The translations under genes and the position numbers were made by a program. The notes beneath the pieces are model-generated. The model saw nothing but the letters and a program-made list of their open reading frames with translations. It was not told where the DNA came from and ran no database searches. 64,000 nucleotides of DNA, from NCBI GenBank assembly GCA_900767715.1, contig CAAGAD010000005.1:793673-857672 (forward strand), in the 5' to 3' direction. Of this stretch, positions 55,261-64,000 are shown piece after piece. Each line of letters opens with the position of its first letter. Position 1 is the first letter of the stretch. This stretch comes from Clostridia bacterium (GTDB lineage: Bacteria; Bacillota; Clostridia; Christensenellales; UBA1242).

Positions 55261-55321
55261 TATATTTAATAAATATTTGAGCGAAAACGAGAGAAAATAT
55301 TTTTGTAGATGAAAGGTTAAT

Positions 55322-58300
55322 ATGCGTATGAAAAAAGTTTGGAAAGGTTTAGTAATTGCAATGTTTGCTTTGACAGCGGTCGTGGGGTCGCTGTTGTTCG
55401 GCGTGAACGCCAAAGCGAAAGCATTTGTGAACGTTAGAGAGTACAGTTTGCAGAACCAAAACGATGGCGTGATTTTGTCTGTCGAGAAGGTGTTGCGTCC
55501 AGTAAGTTGGTCGGGCGAAACGATGACATATTTGGACAGCACTAGCGAAAGTATTAATGCGTCCAATTACAAAAAGATTATCACTCGCGTAAACACCCTT
55601 AACCCACAAGGCGAACCAGTATTCTACAAAGATATCGAGAATCCAAACGTTGACCCAGACGTTCCAACCACCACGACGAAGACCATTGTTCGTAATGGTG
55701 GCTCGGTTATGCTCAATGACATATACCAACAATCCAGTTTTGAAGAAGTCGAAAACATAATGGTCAGTTTCGGCAGTTATGGCAATGCCAATTCCACGGG
55801 CGGAGAAGTTGACAACGGTCAAAAGTTGAGTGTGCTCACTGTCAGTGCCTTCCTTAATGGCGAAGAGATTCAAGTCGGCACACGTGAAGCGACAAACGGC
55901 TTCACCGACTTTACAATGTTCTTGGATTTGAAATCCGCAATCTATGCCACGGGCGACAACGCGGGACAGACTGTTGCAAACCAAGAAGGCAGATATGATT
56001 TAAGTTTCACCTATCACCGCGCAGTCAACGGCGCGATTCAGCCAGCAGTTAGTGTAAATTTTAGTTTCTATCTGCTCAGTCGCAACAATTACACCAAAGA
56101 ACAGGCAATCAACTCATCAGTATCATATTCCACCCAGCCACGTTTTGCGAACGTTGACGGCAGCAACAATAACTATCAGTTCAATTACAAAACTAATAGT
56201 TTCCCAACATTGAGCCTTGACCTAGCAAAATATGACGTAACCTTTACTCGTACATACAATGAGATAATGGAACAATACGACGTCGAGTACGACTACGCTC
56301 AAAACTGCGCTCGCATCGCAAAGACCTTGCTCAACACCACTACATACAGCGACTATGTGAGCCTAAACGATTATCGCATTTTCACACTCGTATTTACCGA
56401 TATTGGTGCTTACGACTTTAAATACACGGTCAAATATCAAGACAACGACAACACAATCGTCGTTCCAAACTACCAAATCAGTGTAGATAGCCAGCACTTG
56501 ACCGTGTTCGGTTTCCAACTGCATTACAACAAAGACAATAACGGCGACAGCGAACTCAAATATGTAGAGTTCAATAGTGATGGCAGAACTGGTATGTATG
56601 TTCTGTCCGAACTGCAAAACGACATCACCATTGACGAAAATGTTGTCAGTGGTTCAGTCAAATCCATCGAAAAGGCGGACGTGTCTGCCGACGGCGTAAA
56701 CATTGCCGATTTGGAGAACAAGAAGCCAACCGACTTTGGCACAGACGCATTCGTGTCAACCAATCAAGCGCCTTTGTGGTTTGAAAACCTTGGTTCTTCG
56801 GCATTGCCTTTTGAAGCGAGTTCAAAAGTGTATTACGCACAACGTTTGAATAGCGTTTTCACATCATCAGCCTACCAAAACAGAATGTTCTTCCCGAACA
56901 AAACCTTGCTTGACGGCTATTACATCGTGGTGATGAATTATAAATATTCTACAAACGGGGGCATATATAATCAAACCTTTATGTTTAGGGTCAACGGCGA
57001 ATCTCCAAGAGTGGAAATCCGCACCACGAGTGACCAAACTCGTCCAACCGACCTAACCAACACCACCGTTTTGGCACAAGAGTTTACCAACAAAAACGTA
57101 TTCATCGACTGGACTAAACCAGGTAGATTTGAGAACAGTGTTTCAGCGGTGTATAGTTACAGCGCGAACTACAATCGCGAAAAGAGCCAAATGACCACTC
57201 GCGACGTGCCATTCAACAATGATACACGCCTTTTCACCGAAAACGGCAGTTACATTGTAGATATCATTTACGCGGGCAACAAGGCTAATTCGCAAACAAT
57301 CAGTTTCGTCATAGATAAGGACAGCATTTCGGGCATTTCTGCCAAGGGCGTCTATCAAATCACCGACGCAATGGGCAATGTAAGTTACATCTATAACGGG
57401 CTTGACTACACCACACGCGCTTCGGTAGATAAGCCATTCACATTGCTTTGGAACAAAAAGGCAAGTGGCGCTAACATCAAGGTGGAATATTGCTTGACCG
57501 AACTTATCGAAGATTTGTCAATCGTTCCACAAGTGATGAACATCAATGGTACGAACAGTTACCTTCCAGTGCAATACATCGTGGGTGCTACTCCACAGAT
57601 GACCACAATTAGCGAAAAACCTTCAACCTCGACGGCGGTGTCGAACAACTATTGTTTCTCGGCTAACGGCTTCTATTGGTTCCGCCTTACTGATGAAGCG
57701 GGCAACAGTGCACAATACTTTATCTTCCTTGATAAAACTAACTCGTCATTCTTGCAATCGGTTAGTTCGTTGAACACCAACAACATCGTTTCCAGCGATG
57801 TCAACATCTTCTGGGGAAGCCACAAAACAATTGTAATGAACAGAAGATACAATGACGGCGACGCGTTGTCAAAACTATTGGCAGACATCAACAACTCAAC
57901 TATTACCGATTATGCATCGAATAGCAATATCGCACAGATTCGCAACTATTTGGCAATCGGCAATGCAAGCAATTTCTATTACAACATTCCGCTCACACAA
58001 GTAACTCTCACGGCAAGTTTGTACAACCAATACACCATCGTTGAGCGCACTTTCACACCTTCCACCGCTCAAACATCATCTTGGTCAACCACCATTGTGG
58101 CAGATCCAAGCCGAAACAATGACGGCGAATATATGGTAAAGTCGCGCGCGGAAAGTAATGTTTTGGCAGACGGCGAATACAACTGGTCGCACCATTTCGT
58201 CATTATGAACACCGACAATGCACAAGTTGTATTGTATGGCTATCAGCAGACTGACAACGCGGTTGACGGCAAATATGTCAGCCCTAACCACGCGTCCAAC

Positions 58301-61300
58301 TATGCGGGACTTCGCGTTGAATGGATGAAGGGTACGGGTGACTATGAAGTAGAATCAATCACCTTGCAATATTATGGAATCGACCTAACGGACACAGACT
58401 CGGTTAATTACCCATACGTCAACAATCCAACCCGTACAATTACCTTGCATGGCACGGAAATCAACACTGTCAATGGTCAAATGCGTTCGGACGCCCTAAT
58501 GCTGACAAAGGATACCAACGGTGACACCATTTCGGCAGAAGGCAAATACATCATCACCCGTAAATACGTTGGTAGCGACGACACTTTGTCTTACACCTAT
58601 TACATTGATAGGTCGTCAATCATCGAATACAATTCGGACAATGATTGCATAATTGGTCAAAACATCGCCATCAATGCGGGCGACAGAAAGTTTAACAATT
58701 TCCAAAAATCACCAATCGAAACACCACAAATCTCGATTGTGAACCAGCAAAGCCAAGCAGTTGACATTTTGCTCAACACCAACAAATTGCCAACTAGCAT
58801 AACTTGTCCAACGGACAAATTCTATTCAAACCAAAAGTTTGATTCACTCGGCTCACTCACGGGGGCAGAATTTGACGACTTGAAACGCTTGATGAATGCG
58901 TACGCACTCTCAATGGACGTTTTCTATGCCGAATATTATGCCGACAATGGTATGTATGTGGCAAAACTGGCAGACAGATTCAACAAGAGCACCGACCGCA
59001 ACCTTAATGTCAGTGGTGGCAACAACTACAAAGAACAAGGCTATTATATCGTCAAAGTTTATGATAGTACGGCTAGTTATGACAATGACTGGCGCACTAT
59101 TATGAGTACTGGTCGCGGTGGCAGTTACACATTCAGTTACAAGGTGGAGAACGAAAACCCAACCGGCTATTTCTATGGGCAAGAGAGAAACGGTGAAAAG
59201 ACTTCGCTTATCAACTATCTCACCACTAAGGACAGCGAGTTGAGTTTTGAGATTCATCAACCAACCGACCCATTTATTGCACGTGTGAACGAAAATAATA
59301 TCACCATTACTCGCTCATACATCGACCTAAATGGCGCGCCAAAGACTGAAACCTATCTCGAAATTACCACACAGACGGACGGCACAGTGCTTTACAGCGG
59401 TGTCGTGGCACATTTGGTGGCAGGTGAAAGTATTGACAGCACAAATAACGCAGTCATCACCACCACATACGCATACTCGCGAGCAGATGTCAGCGAGAGT
59501 GAGTTCGGTCTTGGCGAATATTACAAAGCCAACGATAACGGCGGTTTTGACCTAGCATTGACTTATCTGGCGGGCACTAACTATTACACCCGTCAATCAA
59601 GTGTAATCAACTTTAATTTACTACCAAAGAATGTATATCGCTTCGATGACGCTACACAGACCTTGACTGACCAACTCGTGACCGAATTGGACGCCAAGGG
59701 TAATACTCTCGAATATTCTTACTCGGTGACGATTCACTACGAAGGCAAGGAAGAAGATTACACAACCGCTACTAAAAACTTCTTCTCTAACACTCAAACA
59801 ATGACAATCGACCACACGCCACCAACAGCGAATGTGACAAGATTGCTATCTACCAACGCAACTTGGTTGACTAAATATGGCTACACCAACGGCGGTGACA
59901 ATGATTTGTACGAGTTCGTACAGAACGACATCAATGGCGAAAGATATTATTCATATCGCGCCAAAGATTTCTTCGCATTCAGCATTGGCAGTGACTTCAC
60001 CCTCCTAGCCAACACCGATGACAGCGCAAGTTCGATTTACTACCGCAAGATGACTATGTCGCAGAGCGATAGCAAGGCAGACAGAATGCCAAGCGTACTC
60101 CAAGGCGATGTAAACTACAATGATTACAGCAATGAAGCCTATCGCGAAGCATATCGCTTCTCAACCACGAATGGCGTGTATAAGTCATTCGGCAACATCA
60201 CGGGTAGTATAAGACTCGTTAGCGTGCTAGAACGCAACGGCGACCGCAACGCTGACGGCAGTTATGACGGCTATTACGAAATCATCGAACTCGATGACGC
60301 GGGCAACAGCACATCGTTTGTCGTATTGCTTGACACCAAATCTACCAGTCTTTTGGTAGAATACACCGATATGAACGGCAATGTGTTTGACAACCGCACA
60401 GTCACGACCAGCGATAATGGCTTGACCGGCTTGGATATCAAGATTAAGAACATCGTTTCTGCCGACTTGTTCCAAGAAATCAGCCTTGTTGACAGCACGG
60501 GCAGTAATGTGCTGTTCAGTCGTTTGACCAACGCAAACACAGATAGACAACAAATCTATGACGAAATTAACGAAATCTTGACCAATTCAAACGCATTCTA
60601 CTATTTGCGAGTTTCCAACAGATTCGGTACGAATTATAGTTTCGGCTTGGGCGTAACCACCACGGGCAAAACGCTTAACCTTGCCACACTTGCGAACTAT
60701 GTAAACGAAGAGGGCGTAACGCAATATTATCTCGACATCTCGAATTGCGACAACGACGGACTCAATCTTACTAAGGTCGAACTCGTTAGACGCGACAGCA
60801 GTGGTGAACAAATCACTGACGAATACACAGTTTTGCACAACGAAGGCAAGATTGTGATTATGAAGGGCACAGTCGAGTATGAGCGCATTGAATTCTTAAA
60901 GACGGAATGTTGGTATTATGTATATTTGACCGACAGCGCAAACCGTCGTGTTGAACAAGCAATTTATGTCGGCGGACAGGGCGAAATTACTATCGACGCG
61001 CCTTATATATATAATAATGTATATTATTCTATTAAAGATGTATCTATAAGTTACAAGCCAGGTTTGTATTCGCCAAACGTAACCCTTATGCGCCTAGATA
61101 ACTCGGGCTCAATGGTGAACGAAAATGTTACAATCACGCCAATCAATGACGCGGAAACATATTATTCAACAATAATTTTGAACCAACCAAGAGCGGTGAC
61201 TTCGATTTTGGGTACGACCGGTGGCAGATATGAATACACCATTCAAATGCTGTCCACACTCAACAATCTCGTTAGTGAAGTCTATACAGTTGTGATTGAC

Positions 61301-63358
61301 AACCGCTTGCCAGCAGTCAATCTGTTGAACGACAACAACGAAAACAAAAATGGCATTGTCACAATGAACAGCGAAACGCCAAATACATCAACCAGCGATA
61401 ACATTATTATCAGTTGGGCAGATATGAATGACTATTCGCTCGGCATTTATGATTATTCATTCAGTTTGGAACGTCGTGACAACCAAGGAGAAGTGGAGAA
61501 TATCGATTTGCTCACACTGGGCACAAACAATCGTTATTACATCTCTCGCGACAAAGAAGGCACGTACATTGCTAGATTGAGCGTTTCACTCGGCGAAACC
61601 AAACTAACCAAGATGTTCAGTTTCACCGTTGCTAGCACAGGTGAGCGCATGTATTCTGTCAACAAACTCGTTGACGGCAACTATGAACGCATTGAAGCGC
61701 AAGACAGTATGTCATACAGCAATTTGACAGAAAAACTCAGTGGCGTGTTTGATTTCAGCACAATCGGCGCATACACTTTGCCAGTTGACGTGTATTTCGT
61801 CAATGGCGACTATAATGTTGTGGTAAACGGCGACAAGGGCGTCATCAGCACTACGGTTGCACTCGTGAATGGCGCATCGAACAGTTCGGGCGCGGTGAGT
61901 GTTAACCTTAAATACATCACAACTACAGCAACCAACTATAGTTATTCAAAACTCATATTGATTGTCAAGATTGATTTGACAGACACAAACAATTTGACAG
62001 ATTTGTATCTGTACTATTCAAACCCTAATAGCGCAAACCCAGCGCGTCCAGAATTTGTAGCACCAGAAAAAATGTTGCTCAATTCTATGGAAAAATCTTT
62101 CGGCACAAAATCACCTGACACTATCTACGTGCTGGCGAATAAATATTCACAATGTTTTGCGACGGAGGAATGGGCTACATATTTCGCACAGATGAATAGT
62201 CTGTTCGTAAATGTGTATTACAACAATTCGATTGAACCTGTTGCGACAATTAGTATGGCAACATTGCTCGACCGAAATGGTGAAGACAAAGACATTTTGC
62301 GCAGATTCCCACTCACTTACGCCGGTCAGTATTCGTTCGAGATATATGACAAGGCGGGCAATAGACAGGTGTTCAAGAACTCCAATGGTCTATCTTTCAC
62401 CAAATACTCGCTCACACTTATGACCGAAGTGCCAGCAACGATTAATGGCAATGCCATTGTTGACAATGCTTGCTACAACGGTGACGTGATGTTTGAAATC
62501 TTGAATAGTTCGTCATACGCTTCAATTAACTGCACTATTTATAGAAACGGCGAAGACATCACCAATTCCGTTTCACGTGTGGGCAGACTTTACACAATCA
62601 CCGGCGCGGGCACATACAAGATTGTATATGATGCGACTCACAAGTCGGGCACGACTACTCGCACGATACCTACTCGTACAGTAGTGTTCACCATTATAAA
62701 CCCAGACGAGAGCCGTTTGGCATTCGACTTCACCACAATTAGTTCGTCTTACGACATTACGAAAGTGGAGAAAATTGAAACGGACGGCACGATTAAAGAC
62801 GTAACGACAGACTTCAAGGCTTTGTTGGTTAATTCCGCTTTGGTTACGGCGCAAGACTTGGAAACATATGTTGACGCCAACGGAATCAACGTGTTGAAAG
62901 TGGGCAACTATAAGGTTTACTATTCAGTAAGCAATAGAAACCTATTGCCCGACCAAGACATTGCATTCAATTTTAGAATCAGCAACCAGACGGCAGCAAT
63001 CTATTCAAGTTTGACGCCAGGTGAAACCACCACCAAGACGGTGACAATCACATACAACCCATACGTCATTTACAGACAACTCGGCGAATGTGTATTGCAC
63101 ATCTCAAACTTTGGTGATTATGTTATCAACGAATCCACAATCACGGACAGTCTTGTGAAAGAAATCACGATTTCTGGCGCGGGCACGTATTATGTTCAAC
63201 TTTTGGGCGTGGACGATTGCGTGATGAACAGTTTTGTTGTGGAAATCAAAGAGCCACTCAATACTTTATCTATTGTATTGATTGTGCTTGTCAGCCTTGT
63301 GCTCGTGGGCGGACTTATCACCTTCCTAGTACTAAGACACAGAATGAGGGTGAGATAA
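55322..63358 (+). CDS. giant (2678 aa) surface protein: N-terminal signal peptide, C-terminal TM anchor, otherwise unrecognised
   Basis: GAAAGG RBS. Signal ...FGVNAKA. C-terminal LSIVLIVLVSLVLVGGLITFLVL followed by RHRMRVR. Scattered D-x-AGN strand motifs (DEAGNSAQYF, DDAGNSTSFV, DKAGNRQVF) suggest Ig-like domains. No regular repeat seen. Confidence 0.9.
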   Translation: MRMKKVWKGLVIAMFALTAVVGSLLFGVNAKAKAFVNVREYSLQNQNDGVILSVEKVLRPVSWSGETMTYLDSTSESINASNYKKIITRVNTLNPQGEPVFYKDIENPNVDPDVPTTTTKTIVRNGGSVMLNDIYQQSSFEEVENIMVSFGSYGNANSTGGEVDNGQKLSVLTVSAFLNGEEIQVGTREATNGFTDFTMFLDLKSAIYATGDNAGQTVANQEGRYDLSFTYHRAVNGAIQPAVSVNFSFYLLSRNNYTKEQAINSSVSYSTQPRFANVDGSNNNYQFNYKTNSFPTLSLDLAKYDVTFTRTYNEIMEQYDVEYDYAQNCARIAKTLLNTTTYSDYVSLNDYRIFTLVFTDIGAYDFKYTVKYQDNDNTIVVPNYQISVDSQHLTVFGFQLHYNKDNNGDSELKYVEFNSDGRTGMYVLSELQNDITIDENVVSGSVKSIEKADVSADGVNIADLENKKPTDFGTDAFVSTNQAPLWFENLGSSALPFEASSKVYYAQRLNSVFTSSAYQNRMFFPNKTLLDGYYIVVMNYKYSTNGGIYNQTFMFRVNGESPRVEIRTTSDQTRPTDLTNTTVLAQEFTNKNVFIDWTKPGRFENSVSAVYSYSANYNREKSQMTTRDVPFNNDTRLFTENGSYIVDIIYAGNKANSQTISFVIDKDSISGISAKGVYQITDAMGNVSYIYNGLDYTTRASVDKPFTLLWNKKASGANIKVEYCLTELIEDLSIVPQVMNINGTNSYLPVQYIVGATPQMTTISEKPSTSTAVSNNYCFSANGFYWFRLTDEAGNSAQYFIFLDKTNSSFLQSVSSLNTNNIVSSDVNIFWGSHKTIVMNRRYNDGDALSKLLADINNSTITDYASNSNIAQIRNYLAIGNASNFYYNIPLTQVTLTASLYNQYTIVERTFTPSTAQTSSWSTTIVADPSRNNDGEYMVKSRAESNVLADGEYNWSHHFVIMNTDNAQVVLYGYQQTDNAVDGKYVSPNHASNYAGLRVEWMKGTGDYEVESITLQYYGIDLTDTDSVNYPYVNNPTRTITLHGTEINTVNGQMRSDALMLTKDTNGDTISAEGKYIITRKYVGSDDTLSYTYYIDRSSIIEYNSDNDCIIGQNIAINAGDRKFNNFQKSPIETPQISIVNQQSQAVDILLNTNKLPTSITCPTDKFYSNQKFDSLGSLTGAEFDDLKRLMNAYALSMDVFYAEYYADNGMYVAKLADRFNKSTDRNLNVSGGNNYKEQGYYIVKVYDSTASYDNDWRTIMSTGRGGSYTFSYKVENENPTGYFYGQERNGEKTSLINYLTTKDSELSFEIHQPTDPFIARVNENNITITRSYIDLNGAPKTETYLEITTQTDGTVLYSGVVAHLVAGESIDSTNNAVITTTYAYSRADVSESEFGLGEYYKANDNGGFDLALTYLAGTNYYTRQSSVINFNLLPKNVYRFDDATQTLTDQLVTELDAKGNTLEYSYSVTIHYEGKEEDYTTATKNFFSNTQTMTIDHTPPTANVTRLLSTNATWLTKYGYTNGGDNDLYEFVQNDINGERYYSYRAKDFFAFSIGSDFTLLANTDDSASSIYYRKMTMSQSDSKADRMPSVLQGDVNYNDYSNEAYREAYRFSTTNGVYKSFGNITGSIRLVSVLERNGDRNADGSYDGYYEIIELDDAGNSTSFVVLLDTKSTSLLVEYTDMNGNVFDNRTVTTSDNGLTGLDIKIKNIVSADLFQEISLVDSTGSNVLFSRLTNANTDRQQIYDEINEILTNSNAFYYLRVSNRFGTNYSFGLGVTTTGKTLNLATLANYVNEEGVTQYYLDISNCDNDGLNLTKVELVRRDSSGEQITDEYTVLHNEGKIVIMKGTVEYERIEFLKTECWYYVYLTDSANRRVEQAIYVGGQGEITIDAPYIYNNVYYSIKDVSISYKPGLYSPNVTLMRLDNSGSMVNENVTITPINDAETYYSTIILNQPRAVTSILGTTGGRYEYTIQMLSTLNNLVSEVYTVVIDNRLPAVNLLNDNNENKNGIVTMNSETPNTSTSDNIIISWADMNDYSLGIYDYSFSLERRDNQGEVENIDLLTLGTNNRYYISRDKEGTYIARLSVSLGETKLTKMFSFTVASTGERMYSVNKLVDGNYERIEAQDSMSYSNLTEKLSGVFDFSTIGAYTLPVDVYFVNGDYNVVVNGDKGVISTTVALVNGASNSSGAVSVNLKYITTTATNYSYSKLILIVKIDLTDTNNLTDLYLYYSNPNSANPARPEFVAPEKMLLNSMEKSFGTKSPDTIYVLANKYSQCFATEEWATYFAQMNSLFVNVYYNNSIEPVATISMATLLDRNGEDKDILRRFPLTYAGQYSFEIYDKAGNRQVFKNSNGLSFTKYSLTLMTEVPATINGNAIVDNACYNGDVMFEILNSSSYASINCTIYRNGEDITNSVSRVGRLYTITGAGTYKIVYDATHKSGTTTRTIPTRTVVFTIINPDESRLAFDFTTISSSYDITKVEKIETDGTIKDVTTDFKALLVNSALVTAQDLETYVDANGINVLKVGNYKVYYSVSNRNLLPDQDIAFNFRISNQTAAIYSSLTPGETTTKTVTITYNPYVIYRQLGECVLHISNFGDYVINESTITDSLVKEITISGAGTYYVQLLGVDDCVMNSFVVEIKEPLNTLSIVLIVLVSLVLVGGLITFLVLRHRMRVR

Positions 63359-63702
63359 TGATTGACGAGATTAATATCAAGGGCGACGGACAGACCGTTT
63401 CGCTCGCCCTTGCTCAATTTGAGATTGAAGCGGATATCTGTCGACAAGCAGGTTTCCCTATGCTAAAAGTTTTGCACGGCTATGGCAGTCACGGCGTGGG
63501 CGGAGAAATCAAACGAAATCTCCACTTGCGCCTTGCCCAAATGCAAAGACAAGGTAAAATTGCTGGGTTCATTCCTTGCGAGAAGTGGCTCGCCTCACCA
63601 CTTAGAGATAAGGCGATTAAATTGGATTCAAGTTTACTTGCAGACAAAGATGTCAATACTCAAAACTGTGGGCAGACGCTAGTTTTGTTTAGATTGAAAT
63701 AA
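63358..63702 (+). CDS. Smr-domain-like small protein
   Basis: The start overlaps the giant gene stop (TAATG). INIKGDGQTVSLAL...MLKVLHGYGSHGVGGEIKRNLHLRL fits the Smr pattern (hG.t...A......hhHG.G). The track ORF from 63217 is an upstream extension. Confidence 0.6.
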   Translation: MIDEINIKGDGQTVSLALAQFEIEADICRQAGFPMLKVLHGYGSHGVGGEIKRNLHLRLAQMQRQGKIAGFIPCEKWLASPLRDKAIKLDSSLLADKDVNTQNCGQTLVLFRLK

Positions 63703-63711
63703 GGAGAAATT

Positions 63712-64000
63712 ATGGAACAGAAAAAGTATAAAGTTAAACGCGGTGGCTGGGGCGGATTCTTCCTTTTCTTGTTTGGTATGCTTATGGGAATTATTGCTGT
63801 TGGCTTGTTCGGGCTTTGGGCGTACAAGAACGTGAGCATTGAAAAGACTGAAAGGTGGTTCAAATACAACATCGACCTTGGCGACGCGAACGGCATCAAG
63901 AGTATGACTATCGAACAACTCATTGCGCTCGGCGTGGACTATGGCAACCGCTCGGACACTTTGACTTTGAATGATGTTAAAGATGACTTTGGCATTTCCT
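63712..64000 (+). CDS. partial CDS (N-terminal 96 codons), single-pass membrane protein, continues past the right edge
   Basis: AAGGAG RBS 6 nt before the ATG at 63712. MEQKKYKVKRGGWGGFFLFLFGMLMGIIAVGLFGLWAYKN... with no stop before the window end. Confidence 0.6.
   Translation, partial: MEQKKYKVKRGGWGGFFLFLFGMLMGIIAVGLFGLWAYKNVSIEKTERWFKYNIDLGDANGIKSMTIEQLIALGVDYGNRSDTLTLNDVKDDFGIS

Overview
This 64-kb window looks like chromosomal DNA from an endospore-forming Bacillota, probably Clostridia-like. That assignment rests on spo0A, spoIIR, sleB-ypeB and a DUF3794+LysM SipL-like gene. I cannot assign a genus. Most of the window is housekeeping: asd-lysC, dnaB(DnaD-type)-dnaI, glyQS-hisS behind a glycine T-box, uvrC, murB, whiA-dnaE, greA, dut, degV and one tRNA-Arg(ACG). 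I saw no CRISPR array, transposase, integrase, rRNA or phage genes. Three things stand out. (1) An accessory cell-surface block at 15032-27340. It holds a 2656-aa lipoprotein (Big_2 domain, about 23 diverged Fn3-like modules, C-terminal GLUG-type region), then a SipW-type (ER/archaeal-type) signal peptidase, then a tight three-gene operon (806, 203, 190 aa). All three signal peptides end in T-x-A, like the TasA SipW junction. This is my best candidate for an undescribed system: a SipW-dependent TasA/BsaA-like fibre module of unusual composition next to a giant adhesin. (2) A second orphan giant gene (2678 aa; signal peptide plus C-terminal TM anchor) is translationally coupled to a small Smr-like protein. 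(3) Five islands of roughly 6-15% G+C (my hand counts) lie in a genome whose coding DNA is far less AT-rich. Two sit directly upstream of the giant genes, one lies in frame inside murB, and one encodes the N-terminus of a neighbouring ORF. Smaller oddities: an ABC half-transporter with every ATPase motif degenerate, a 939-aa highly charged protein with a central TM hairpin, a poly-Asp zinc-ribbon protein beside spo0A, and an unlisted 48-codon YjzC-like ORF. All family assignments come from reading motifs by eye. No database search was run.
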